Shown piece after piece: positions 39,179-49,487 of a stretch of 64,000 nucleotides of DNA. The position numbers were made by a program, and so were the translations under genes. This stretch comes from an uncultured delta proteobacterium (lineage in GTDB: Bacteria; Desulfobacterota; BSN033; UBA1163). Location: the NCBI GenBank assembly GCA_963827685.1, contig CAWHBU010000001.1, forward strand, positions 96,001-160,000, read 5' to 3'. The notes under the pieces were generated by a model that was not told where the DNA came from, searched no databases, and saw nothing but the letters and a program-made list of their open reading frames with translations. Each line of letters begins with the position of its first letter. Within the stretch, counting starts at the first letter, position 1.

Positions 39179-39814
39179 TTGGCAAATGTCCATGATAGCT
39201 TAATCATCGCCTTTCCATGCCCACCAGAATCGGGGTGTACCTATTCCTTTACACTTTCCTCTCGCTTGGGGCAAATGCTTGAGATGGCCGAACACAGATT
39301 CGGCCCTCGTGATAGATCATACACGATTCTTGGGTTTGAGTTTCGGGCAGGGTTACCACAGATTTGTTTCCCTGAAAATGGGATGAATGTGATTGTGCAA
39401 CTTGATTCTTCAACCATGAATGATCCGAATCTGCCTTTGTTTCAAATGGCCCACGAATGTGTGCATCTTTTGACCCCTGTATTACCTGCCACTGTAAGTG
39501 TTTTGGAAGAGGGACTCGCAACTTATTTTTCAAAAGAGTATATGACATCGCATGTCGGTGGTGTATGGTTCACTGGTGATCAAAAGTACGGCCATGCCGA
39601 GGTCTTAGCTCGGAAATTGTTGTTGTTGAATGCAGATGCCATTAAAGCTCTCCGTGGACTTGTTCCTGTCATCTCACGCGCCACTGCACAGGATATTCTC
39701 AAAATATGCCCAAACTTGCCATCACATTTATCAGAACAGCTCGTTGTACGCTTTCAATCTTGGGATGGGAACATTAGGTCCGTCGGAGCCAAACCGACCA
39801 AACTCCACTTGTAA
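39179..39814 (+). CDS. Hypothetical protein with HExxH metallopeptidase-like motif
   Basis: FQMAHECVHLL...LEEGLATYFS; AGGAGG RBS before TTG. Confidence 0.7.
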   Translation: MANVHDSLIIAFPCPPESGCTYSFTLSSRLGQMLEMAEHRFGPRDRSYTILGFEFRAGLPQICFPENGMNVIVQLDSSTMNDPNLPLFQMAHECVHLLTPVLPATVSVLEEGLATYFSKEYMTSHVGGVWFTGDQKYGHAEVLARKLLLLNADAIKALRGLVPVISRATAQDILKICPNLPSHLSEQLVVRFQSWDGNIRSVGAKPTKLHL

Positions 39815-39898
39815 ATCGGTAAAGTTGCTGGTATAGAAAATTGATTACTTATCCTGACTGGGCATAACATTTTTACAAATTGTTGCAGTCACATAGCG

Positions 39899-40714
39899 AT
39901 GCCTTTCGTTGCGGTTCGTGACCTCCAGGTGTATTACGAGATTCGCGGGGCAGGCCCGCGCTTACTCACTATCAGTGGTACAGGCGGTGATTTACGCTCT
40001 TCACCCAATATCTTCGAGATGCCCATTGCCCGGCATTTCGAGATCCTCGCCTATGATCAGCGCGGTCTGGGTCAGACTTCGCGCCCGGATATCCCCTATG
40101 CCATGGCCGACTATGCCGACGATGCCAATGCGTTACTCGACGCCGTGAGGTGGAAGCGCTGCTTGGTGATGGGCATCTCTTTCGGAGGGATGGTCGCGCA
40201 AGAGTCCGCTCTGCGCTATCCGCACCGAGTAGAACGTCTGGTTTTGGCTTGCACCAGCAGTGGCGGTGCAGGCGGAGCTTCGTATCCCTTGCACGAGGTC
40301 GCTGACCTCCCTGTTGAGGACTACGTGCGCCGTGTCCTCCAACTCAGCGACACCCGCTGGGATGCAATCTGGCAGGCAGCCAATCCAGCTCAATTCCAGA
40401 CATTGATTGACCAGATCCTGAAGGGTCTGCAGGTGGGAGCAGACGAACCCGGACGCCATATCGGTTTCCGCCGGCAGTTGGAGGCCCGCGCCCATCACAA
40501 TACATACGAGCGGCTTCCTACCCTGCGGATGCCCGTGTACCTTTGCGGGGGCCAGTACGACGGCATCGCAACGCCCGCCAATCTCGAAGCGATACAGAAA
40601 CAGATTCCGGGGGCACGGTTGGAACTGTTTGAAGGCGGGCACCTATTTTTCATCCAAGACCCCCGAGCATTCGATCGCATTGTGGCGTTTCTCCGAGGGG
40701 ATCTCGACGATTAA
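39899..40714 (+). CDS. Alpha/beta fold hydrolase
   Basis: YDQRGLGQT, GISFGG nucleophile elbow, G..DG and GGH. Confidence 0.92.
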   Translation: MPFVAVRDLQVYYEIRGAGPRLLTISGTGGDLRSSPNIFEMPIARHFEILAYDQRGLGQTSRPDIPYAMADYADDANALLDAVRWKRCLVMGISFGGMVAQESALRYPHRVERLVLACTSSGGAGGASYPLHEVADLPVEDYVRRVLQLSDTRWDAIWQAANPAQFQTLIDQILKGLQVGADEPGRHIGFRRQLEARAHHNTYERLPTLRMPVYLCGGQYDGIATPANLEAIQKQIPGARLELFEGGHLFFIQDPRAFDRIVAFLRGDLDD

Positions 40715-40999
40715 CCCTGGCAAGGACATGGCGTTATCCAAGGGCCTCGCTTAGCAAGAAGAAAAAAGGTTGCAGTTAAGCCTTCAGAATTCATTTTGTG
40801 AATTTTTCGCTAAGAGACCCTATCTCCTTTCCTAGTCTTATCTCTCCGTCCAGCCTTTCCTCCATCCTTGTTAATTGACAAAGGGAGAACGCTGTGGCAT
40901 AAGACAGTGGTGAGTAAAAAGCTGCGATTTTCACATTGACATGCCAACCAAAATTTCTGCCCTCGTTTGAATAGAAAAAAGGAAAAAGGAGGATAAGAG

Positions 41000-41749
41000 A
41001 TGAGGCTCAAGGACAAGGTAGCGATTGTGACGGGAGCCGGACGGGGAATCGGTGAAGGGATTGGTCTGCGCTTTGCAGAAGAAGGAGCAAAATTGATCGT
41101 CAATGATGTGAGCGAAGCGGATGCCAGCGGCACGGCGGAAACAATTAAAAGCAAAGGCGGCCAAGCAGTGGTCGTGATCGGCAGCGTCGCCTCACGGCAA
41201 GTGGCCCAGAAAATGGTCGATACAGCCGTTAAAGAATTCGGGACCGTGGATATCCTGGTGAACAACGCCGGTATTATCCGCGACGCCATGCTCCACAAGA
41301 TGACCGATGAGCAGTGGGATCAGGTCATCGAAGTCAATTTGAAGGGCGTTTTCCTCTGCACTCAGTGTGCGGCCAATGTGATGCGGGAGAAAGGGTATGG
41401 GAAGATCATCAACGTTTCTTCCAGTAGCTGGCGGGGTAATCCTGGGCAGATCAACTATTCCGCAACCAAAGCCGGGGTGATCGGGATGACCAAGACCGCC
41501 GCTAAGGAGCTGGCACCCAAGGGGATTAATGTCAACGTCATTGCCCCCGCGATGGTCTTCACAGACATGATCAAGTCCATGCCGCCCGAGAAGGTCGACC
41601 GGCTGGAAAAAATGCTGGCTCTTATTGTTCCCCTGAACCGGTGGGGAGCACCGAGGGATATCGCCAATCTGGCCCTCTTCCTGGCTTCCGACGAAAGCTC
41701 GTTCATTACCGGTCAGTTGATTCATTGTGACGGCGGGATGATTATGTAA
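41000..41749 (+). CDS. FabG-like short-chain dehydrogenase/reductase
   Basis: TGAGRGIG, NNAG and YSATK. Confidence 0.93.
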   Translation: MRLKDKVAIVTGAGRGIGEGIGLRFAEEGAKLIVNDVSEADASGTAETIKSKGGQAVVVIGSVASRQVAQKMVDTAVKEFGTVDILVNNAGIIRDAMLHKMTDEQWDQVIEVNLKGVFLCTQCAANVMREKGYGKIINVSSSSWRGNPGQINYSATKAGVIGMTKTAAKELAPKGINVNVIAPAMVFTDMIKSMPPEKVDRLEKMLALIVPLNRWGAPRDIANLALFLASDESSFITGQLIHCDGGMIM

Positions 41750-41959
41750 AAAGAGAGGGTTCAAGGGGCTTGGGGCCAAGGGTTCAAGAGATTTACTGGT
41801 CAAAGAATAAATCTTGGTCTTTTCACTCGAACCCTGGAACCCCTGCCTGCCGGCAGGCAGGCTTGAACCCTGGGCAAAGGGTTTTCGATAACTTAGAAGA
41901 AGGTCTTTACTCTTTCATTGCCGGAATCACCAGCACGAAGTGCAGTAAAGGATTGAGCC

Positions 41960-42871
41960 GTGTTCGATTTCGCCAAGGGGACAATTCAATTTATTCGGGG
42001 AGGCAAGTATCCCTTTTGCCACTCGGTGCTGATCGATGACCGAGACCGGGCGGTCATTGACGCCTCCAGTGACAGGGACAAATTACAGCAGTTTAAGGAC
42101 CAGGGACCCGTAGACTATCTGATCACCTCTCACGCCCATGAGGACCATCTCATTTTCAACTACCTTTTCCCTCAGTCCAAATTTTGCGTCCATCCCTTCG
42201 ATGCCCCCCACTTTGAAAACGTCGAATCCCTGATTGACTCCTATGGGGATGCAGCCAAAGAGGAAAAGGAAAAGTGGCGGGCTTTCCTGGAGAACGACTG
42301 TCACTATCGGCCCCGCCGAGTCGATCTGCTCTTAAATGACGGGATGGTGATGGACTTAGGGGGGGTTAGAATGGAGGTGATCCACACTCCAGGGCACACG
42401 CGGGGACACTGCGCCTTTTATTTTATCAATGAAAGGATTATGTTTACCGCTGACCTGGATCTGACCAAGGCTGGCCCTTATTACGGGGACCGTGGCTCCG
42501 ACATAGGTGAAACCATTCGCTCCCTCGAGCGTCTTAAAACGTTTGAGGTAAAAACCTACCTGACCGCTCACGGAAAAGGAATTTTGGAAGGCGACCCAGG
42601 ACACATTGACCGCTACTTGGAAGTTATTTTTCAAAGAGAAGAAAAACTGATTGACCTTCTAAGCAAGGGCCCGAAGACCCTTGATCAAGTGGTTCAGAAA
42701 GGGATCATCTATGGGAACAAATCCCCCATAGGGCCTTGGGATCTGACACTTTCTGAAAGAGCGATGATCTTGAAGCACTTGTCTCGCTTGGTAGGCATGA
42801 ATCGGGTGGAACAAGAAGGAGATTTCTACGTCCTTCGAAATCAATTGGGCCAAGATTTCTGCCCTCGTTAA
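41960..42871 (+). CDS. MBL-fold metallo-hydrolase
   Basis: SHAHEDH, HTPGHT and AHG. Confidence 0.9.
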   Translation: MFDFAKGTIQFIRGGKYPFCHSVLIDDRDRAVIDASSDRDKLQQFKDQGPVDYLITSHAHEDHLIFNYLFPQSKFCVHPFDAPHFENVESLIDSYGDAAKEEKEKWRAFLENDCHYRPRRVDLLLNDGMVMDLGGVRMEVIHTPGHTRGHCAFYFINERIMFTADLDLTKAGPYYGDRGSDIGETIRSLERLKTFEVKTYLTAHGKGILEGDPGHIDRYLEVIFQREEKLIDLLSKGPKTLDQVVQKGIIYGNKSPIGPWDLTLSERAMILKHLSRLVGMNRVEQEGDFYVLRNQLGQDFCPR

Positions 42872-42906
42872 TCATCACTCATTAATTTATTTGGAGGCGG
42901 GGTGCC

Positions 42907-43695
42907 ATGTATAATCTCGACGGACAGGTCGCTATTGTCACTGGTGCAGGAAGCGGATTGGGGCGAGCCATTGCCTTGCGCCTTTCCCAAGAGGGAGCCA
43001 CCATCGTGGCCACGGATTTAAACGGGGAGGCTGCGGGAAAACTGATTGAGGAAATGAAGAACCAGAGAAGGCCCGGTCTTTCCATTGAGATGGATGTCTC
43101 CATCGAAAGAGATGTGGAGCGAACGGTCAAACAAACAATAGAGAATTTCGGCCAGATCGACATCCTGGTCAATAACGCCGCCACAGGAAGTCCCGGGCTG
43201 ATCATAAACTGTTCCGAGGAAGACTGGGAGAGAACCATGCGGGTAAATCTCAAGGGTACTTTCTTATGTTCACGGGCTGTGGCCAAAGAGATGATTCCCC
43301 GCAAACGGGGACGGATCGTAAATATTTCCTCCATATCCGGAAAATCCGGAGAGGAATTCATCGGCGTTTATTGTGCTTCCAAATTCGGGGTGATCGGCCT
43401 GACCCAGGTCCTGGCCAAGGAACTGGGCCGCTTTGTGATCACGGTGAATGCTGTTTGCCCGGGACACATCTGGACGCCCGGTTGGGAAACCCTTGGGCGG
43501 TGGTTCAAAGAGAATTTTCCGGCGCTGGCGCAGTTGAGCCCACAAGAAATTTTTGAGAAATCGGTGAAATCCGTCTTGCGCCGGCCGCAAGAGCCGGAGG
43601 ACATCGCCAGCCTGGTGGCTTTCTTGGTTTCCGAAGAGGCCAGAAATATTACGGGTCAGGCCATCAACGTGGATGGCGGGGCGCTGATGCATTAA
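42907..43695 (+). CDS. Short-chain dehydrogenase/reductase
   Basis: TGAGSGLG, NNAA, YCASK and ITGQAINVDGG. Confidence 0.93.
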   Translation: MYNLDGQVAIVTGAGSGLGRAIALRLSQEGATIVATDLNGEAAGKLIEEMKNQRRPGLSIEMDVSIERDVERTVKQTIENFGQIDILVNNAATGSPGLIINCSEEDWERTMRVNLKGTFLCSRAVAKEMIPRKRGRIVNISSISGKSGEEFIGVYCASKFGVIGLTQVLAKELGRFVITVNAVCPGHIWTPGWETLGRWFKENFPALAQLSPQEIFEKSVKSVLRRPQEPEDIASLVAFLVSEEARNITGQAINVDGGALMH

Positions 43696-43765
43696 GGCAG
43701 TTCGGAGAAAAGACAAGGTTCAAGGGTTTTAGGGACCCAAGGGAACGAGCTGAGGCCCAATTTGA

Positions 43766-44923
43766 TCAAAAGAGAATGCTTTTGCCTGTCAGGACCCCCC
43801 GACCGCTGACAATGCGGTTGATCTGATTCGTGCCCTCGAAGATCTGGGTCAATTTAGCATCGCGCATCAGCTTTTCCACCACGGCACCCTTCATATAGCC
43901 GCTTCCAGCCAGGATCTGGACCGCGTCGGTGGTCACCTTCATCGCTGCGTCCGAGGCGAAGCATTTGGCAGCCGCGGCCTCGACGGAACACTTCACGTTT
44001 CGGTCCAACATCCAACCCACCTGCAAGTACATGCCTCTCGATGCCATGATCAACGCGTACATGTCGGCAAGCATGAAATGCACCCCCTGAAAGTACCCGA
44101 CGGGTTGCCCGAACTGTTCACGCTCCTTCGCCCACTTCGTCGCTTCATCGAGGGCTTTCTGAGCAATTCCTGTACAGATTGCGGTAATGTTCGCCCGTCC
44201 TCTATCGAGGGCCATCATCGCTAGCTTGAACCCCTGACCTTCCTCACCGATCAAATTCTCTTTCGTTAGCTTCACGTCTTCGAAGAAAAGCTCGGCCACG
44301 ACCATGGCTCGGTGGCCCATTTTGTCCTCGACTCGGCCCGTTCTGATACCTGGCGTATCTCGAGGAACGGCAAAGCAGGATATTCCCTTGGTTCCAAGAG
44401 TTTTATCCATTGTGGCAAAAACGCACAGCAAATCAGCATGCTGACCGTTCGTGATGTAGCACTTGGATCCATTTAGGACGTACTGGTCGCCCTTTTTCTC
44501 TGCCAATGTGTTCATTCCACCCGCATCGGACCCGGCCCCAGGCTCCGTCAAGCAGAAACAGGCACTTCGATAACTCTCCGTCATACGTCCCAAGAATTTC
44601 TTCTTTTGCTTCTCAGTCCCCCCAAGAAGAATGGCACCCGTTGACAGGTGAGATATACCAATCATCTGCCCGATGGCACAGCAGTCGTAGTTCAAGGCTT
44701 CGGTAACAAGATAATGGGTCACATAGTCCATGCCAGAGCCGCCGTACGCACTCGGGATGTTTGTGTACATCAGCCCCAGTTCACGGGCCTTCTTCAAAAT
44801 GGACTCGGGATAAGTGCCATCACGATCATACTGGAGGGCCATCGGTCGAATTTCCTTCGACGAGAATTCCCTGGCCAGATCCAGGAATCGCTTCTGTTCG
44901 TCCGAAAGGCTGAAGTCGATCAT
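43766..44923 (-). CDS. Acyl-CoA dehydrogenase
   Basis: CLTEPGAGSD, NGSKCYITNG, REQFGQP and RDAKLTQIFEGTNQI. Confidence 0.95.
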   Translation of the reverse strand: MIDFSLSDEQKRFLDLAREFSSKEIRPMALQYDRDGTYPESILKKARELGLMYTNIPSAYGGSGMDYVTHYLVTEALNYDCCAIGQMIGISHLSTGAILLGGTEKQKKKFLGRMTESYRSACFCLTEPGAGSDAGGMNTLAEKKGDQYVLNGSKCYITNGQHADLLCVFATMDKTLGTKGISCFAVPRDTPGIRTGRVEDKMGHRAMVVAELFFEDVKLTKENLIGEEGQGFKLAMMALDRGRANITAICTGIAQKALDEATKWAKEREQFGQPVGYFQGVHFMLADMYALIMASRGMYLQVGWMLDRNVKCSVEAAAAKCFASDAAMKVTTDAVQILAGSGYMKGAVVEKLMRDAKLTQIFEGTNQINRIVSGRGVLTGKSILF

Positions 44924-44982
44924 TTTTGGTTTTCCTTTCTTGGTAGTATGGCTATACCGAAACCGAAGTTTATTAAAACGGG

Positions 44983-45005
44983 ATGACTGACTGGCTGTGA
45001 GTCAT
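44983..45005. promoter_or_regulatory. Possible repressor operator upstream of the acyl-CoA dehydrogenase
   Basis: Inverted repeat ATGACT-N11-AGTCAT just downstream of a minus-strand TTGACA (45029-45034) promoter candidate. Confidence 0.35.
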
Positions 45006-45292
45006 TTAGTATCATCCAAGTGGGACCCTGTCAAGAAAAAAACCACCGGCAAGCTTGAAGGAACGCTGTTTTCTATTTTGCAACTACGAGAAACCCCTGG
45101 TGCCAGAAGCTGAAAATTCCCTTACAAATCTTTTCCTAAGAGTCTCTATCTCCTTTCCTGGTTACGTTACCCGAAAATACTTGCGTCAAATGGCGCCGCG
45201 CTAACACCCTTATTCCTGTTGACCCCGTTTGGACAATTCAGTGAACTCCAATTATAATTTGGGTTGTTCCTCAACGTCTTTTCACTTTAAGG

Positions 45293-46699
45293 ATGGCTCT
45301 TAAGATGCGTCGTTACCTCATATTCGTTGCTGGTGCATTAGGCCTTCTCATGTACTCGATTGACAGTACGGTGGTAGCAGTAGCCTTCCCCAACCTTATA
45401 AAAGACTTTGGCACTAATGTCCTCTGGGCAGCATGGACTATTTCAATTTATTTAATTGCCGTAACCAGTGTCATGCCATTGATGGGAAACCTGAGCGATA
45501 GCTTCGGTCGCAAAAAGGTCTTTCTGATTTCTCTCATCCTTTTTACAGTCAGTTCCCTGGCCTGTGGCCTTGCCGTCAATATCTACAGCTTGGTGGCATG
45601 TAGGTTTCTTCAAGGCATCGGAGGAGCGAGTTTTCTCCCGACGGCGGCAGGTATTGTGAGCGATCAATTTCCTGAGAACCGGGAGAGGGCCATTGGCCTG
45701 TTTACAAGCATCTTTCCCATAGGAGGTATTATTGGCCCGAACTTAGGGGGCTGGATCGTAAGTCGATATTCTTGGCGATATATTTTCTATATCAATTTAC
45801 CTATCGGCATTTGTCTGATAGTTTTGATTGTGATTTTACTTGAAGACACTGAAGTTATTTCTCGGCCTCATATAGACTTTGTGGGAGCTTCTCTTTTCTT
45901 TGGAGCAATACTTTTCCTCATGCTTGGCTTAAATCTTATTGCTGAGAACTTCTCTATCTCGTCCCTTCTTCTAACAACTATCTTTTTAGTCGTCAGTTTT
46001 TTGTTCCTTTATCTATTTTTTCGTCAAGAGAAAAGGGATTCCAACCCAATCCTGGATATAACCTTCTTAAGATCAAAGCCTTTTCTGGCAGCAAACCTAT
46101 ATAACATGATTGTAGGTGCCGGAGTCTTCGGGATCTTTGCCTTTATCCCACTCTACGCCACCTCAGTGCATAAGTTATCGACCTTGGTTAGCGGTATGAT
46201 ATTAACTCCTCGCTCTCTCGGAGTCATCTTCGCCTCAGCTGTAACCAGCTTTCTGCTCAAGCGGTGGGGTTACCGATGGCCCATGGTGTTGGGTTTGAGC
46301 ATCATCTCGCTCTCAACCATCCTTCTGGGTGGCCAAGGACTCCAGTTATTGAGGATGATCGGTACCCATTTGGGAGTCGCTGAAATCTTGGCAATCCTGA
46401 TCATGGTGACCGGAATCGGCATCGGAATTGCTCTCCCTGCCTCCAATAACGCCTGTATCGAGTTGATGCCGGAAAAGGTAGCCACCATTACAGGACTTCG
46501 AGGAATGTTTAGATCTGTTGGAGGAGCTTTCGGAATTTCATTAATTACAATTATCCTTCATTCGAGTTCTTCCCCTGCGAATGGCTTTAAAACCACCTTC
46601 ATCTCTTTTGGTCTGGGGCTTCTATTTACTATTCCTCTTGTCTTTCTTATGCCTACTGGAAAGAAAGGAGGGGGAAACAAGAAGACATTAAGTGCCTGA
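45293..46699 (+). CDS. MFS transporter (DHA2-like)
   Basis: GNLSDSFGRKK motif A, RFLQGIGG, GPNLGG and WRYIFYINLP; many TM segments. Confidence 0.92.
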   Translation: MALKMRRYLIFVAGALGLLMYSIDSTVVAVAFPNLIKDFGTNVLWAAWTISIYLIAVTSVMPLMGNLSDSFGRKKVFLISLILFTVSSLACGLAVNIYSLVACRFLQGIGGASFLPTAAGIVSDQFPENRERAIGLFTSIFPIGGIIGPNLGGWIVSRYSWRYIFYINLPIGICLIVLIVILLEDTEVISRPHIDFVGASLFFGAILFLMLGLNLIAENFSISSLLLTTIFLVVSFLFLYLFFRQEKRDSNPILDITFLRSKPFLAANLYNMIVGAGVFGIFAFIPLYATSVHKLSTLVSGMILTPRSLGVIFASAVTSFLLKRWGYRWPMVLGLSIISLSTILLGGQGLQLLRMIGTHLGVAEILAILIMVTGIGIGIALPASNNACIELMPEKVATITGLRGMFRSVGGAFGISLITIILHSSSSPANGFKTTFISFGLGLLFTIPLVFLMPTGKKGGGNKKTLSA

Positions 46700-46799
46700 T
46701 TTTCTCTTTTCCAAGTCCAGATGACTCTCGCAAACATGAGTCTTAAATCTTGCCCTATAACAACGTTTCAAAGGGGAAAAAATGACGAGGAGGTGAAGT

Positions 46800-47639
46800 A
46801 TGGGAATCCTGAACCATTTCAAACCGGTTTCGACTTGGCCGGCTGAAAAGGTCCGTCTTTTTCTCAAGGAAAAGAACCCACAGGATTATAACCTTATCGA
46901 TGTCAGAACACCCAAGGAGTATGAACAGGGCCACCTCCCTGGCGCACGATTAATTCCAGTGGGGGAACTGGCCGATCGTCTCTCCGAAATTGATCCCCAA
47001 AAGCCTACGGTCGTTTATTGAGCTGCAGGGGTGCGCAGCCGGGCCGCTGCCGCTACTTTATCGAGTGCAGGATTCAAAGAGGCCTATAGCATGCAAGGGG
47101 GGATCAATGCCTGGAAAGGTCTTGTGGCAGAGGGGGCTCCAGAATCAGGCATGGCCTATTTTTCTCCAGCCACAAAGCCAGAAGAGCTGATTGCGCTGGC
47201 CTGGTTACTCGAGGATGGATCGCGTAAATTCTATTTGGACTTGGCTGCGGTCTTGAAAGATCAAGAGGCAAAGAATCTCTTTAAGGATCTCTTCGCAGCA
47301 GAGGAGCGTCATCAGGCCTTCCTTCTCAAGCTTTACAAAGAACTCTCCGGTTTGACCTCCACCTCAGGATTCCCTGGGTCGGTCATTTCGCTGAAAGAAG
47401 AAGGCGATGTGATGGAAGGGGGAATGCGCCTCAGCGAGGTATTACCCTGGGCCAAAGGGAAAAGTGTGACAGAAATCCTTGAATTTTCTGTTTCTTCGGA
47501 GGCGAATGCCTATGATCTTTATGTCAAAATGGAACGCCAGATGAAAGATCAACGATCCGCACAGATCTTTCATGTCTTATCAGGTGAGGAAAAGCAACAC
47601 CTTGAGCGATTAAGCTCATTGCTTGAAGGAAAAATATAG
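46800..47639 (+). CDS. Selenocysteine-containing rhodanese domain fused to a ferritin-like (rubrerythrin-type) domain
   Basis: ORFs 46800-47021 and 47031-47639 are in frame across TGA 47019-47021. They read IDVR...HLPGA...TVVY-U-AAGVRS...GGINAW, then E..S..FY, EERH, E..AYDLY and EKQH. Confidence 0.88.
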
Positions 47640-47646
47640 AGGGAGA

Positions 47647-49230
47647 TTATTTTATCTTAAAGGATTCTTCCATCCCGATATATTTCTTTCTCAGTTTTGG
47701 TTTTTCAATCTTTCCTGTTGGGTTACGCGGCACCTCACCGAAGAAAATTTTTCGAGGTCTTTTATACTTCGGCAATTTCTCACAATACTTTAGGACATCT
47801 TCTTCTGTGAGAACTTTACCAGGCACAACATCAATGACAACGGTTACCACTTCACCTAAACGTTCATCCGGGTAGCCAATGGCTGCCACATCCTTGACAC
47901 TCGGATGAGCATGGAGGAAGTCTTCAACTTCTACGGGGAAAACATTCTCACCACCCGAGATGATGAGGTCTTTTTTACGATCGACCAAGAAAATAAAACC
48001 ATCTTCGTCCTGTTTTGCCATATCCCCTGTGTATAACCATCTGTCCCTGATCGCTTTGGATGTAGCCTCGGGATTTTTATAATATTCCCTCATCACACCA
48101 TCGCCTCGAACCACCAGTTCCCCTACCTCTCCCCTCTTTACTGGATTTCCTTCTTCATCCACAATTCGAGTTTCCCAGTTGAACCCTGGAAGTCCGATCG
48201 CCCCAACTTTATGTTCATTCTCTATTCCGAGGTGGACACAGCCAGGGCCTGTCGATTCGCTCAGACCATAGGTGGTATCGTAGGCCATATTGGGGAAGTA
48301 CTCCTTCCAGTGTTTGACCAGTGAAGGAGGGACAGGCTGCGCACCAATGTGCATGAGTCTCCATTGCCGGAGATCATATTCCTTTAATTTAATCTCTCCA
48401 CTGTCCAGTTTTAAAAGGATGTCTTGGGCCCATGGGACAAGAAGCCAGACGATCGTCCCTCTCTCTTCGCTCACCGCCTCAAGAATCCATTCCGGCAAAA
48501 TCCCCTTCAAGATGACAGCAGGCCCACCAACAATGAAGCTTCCAAACCAATGCATCTTTGCCCCGGTGTGATAAAGCGGAGGGATAAGGATAAAGTTATC
48601 TTTCTTGGTCTGATAATGATGGATATTTTCTGTAATACAGGCGCTCACCATGTTCTTATGGGTCAACAGGATGGGTTTGGGTGTACCCGTGGTGCCAGAG
48701 GTAAAATAGAGGCCACATGGATCATGAAGGGTAATTTCAATGTTGGGAGGATTTGAAGAAGACTTTTCAAGTAGTTTTTTAAAGGCTTCTGCATAGCCTG
48801 GAGTTTCTTTTCCAACAAATATGTAGTCTTTTACGGTCGGGAGATCATCCTTGATTCCGCTGACCCTGTCGATAAACTCCTCACCAAAGACGATGCATGC
48901 AGGTTCTGCTACATCACAACAGTACTTGATATCATTTCCCGAAAAACGAAAATTGAGAGGAACGGCCCATGCCCCAGTTCGGACGATGCCGAAATAGGCA
49001 ATGAGCCAATCAATCGAGTTCATCATGAGATGGATGACTTTATCTCCCTTCTTAATCCCCTTTTTGATCAGAACATTTGCAAATCGGTTAGCCCCGTCAT
49101 CAAATTGCTTCCATGTGACCTCGCTTCTCTTCTTTTCGCCAGGTATTCTTTCAATCAGGGCCACGTCGTTTGGATACAACCTCGCATTTCTTGCTAAAAT
49201 CTCCCCAATGTGGATGTCTAAATTTCCCAT
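47647..49230 (-). CDS. Acyl-CoA synthetase (AMP-binding)
   Basis: FTSGTTGTPK, YGLSES, WLYTGD, DRKKDLIISGGEN and GKIEK. Confidence 0.93.
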   Translation of the reverse strand: MGNLDIHIGEILARNARLYPNDVALIERIPGEKKRSEVTWKQFDDGANRFANVLIKKGIKKGDKVIHLMMNSIDWLIAYFGIVRTGAWAVPLNFRFSGNDIKYCCDVAEPACIVFGEEFIDRVSGIKDDLPTVKDYIFVGKETPGYAEAFKKLLEKSSSNPPNIEITLHDPCGLYFTSGTTGTPKPILLTHKNMVSACITENIHHYQTKKDNFILIPPLYHTGAKMHWFGSFIVGGPAVILKGILPEWILEAVSEERGTIVWLLVPWAQDILLKLDSGEIKLKEYDLRQWRLMHIGAQPVPPSLVKHWKEYFPNMAYDTTYGLSESTGPGCVHLGIENEHKVGAIGLPGFNWETRIVDEEGNPVKRGEVGELVVRGDGVMREYYKNPEATSKAIRDRWLYTGDMAKQDEDGFIFLVDRKKDLIISGGENVFPVEVEDFLHAHPSVKDVAAIGYPDERLGEVVTVVIDVVPGKVLTEEDVLKYCEKLPKYKRPRKIFFGEVPRNPTGKIEKPKLRKKYIGMEESFKIK

Positions 49231-49487
49231 ATGAATCTCTGTTCATGCAAAGCGCATGGAGCAAGACGCATAGCGTCTTCAATTTTCTCAACAGAATATT
49301 TCACAAAAAAAATAAAAACATAGGCTTGTTTACCATGCAAACACCACTTTCAACCGTTAGGACGGTCGCCCATAACCTTAAAATAATCGCAATTCTAAAG
49401 CTCCCGAAGCTGGCTCTCTCTCCCCTGGCCGCCATTACGACACAGTCTCGCGGGCAGAGGGACGGGATGAGGGGATCACCTTTTCAT

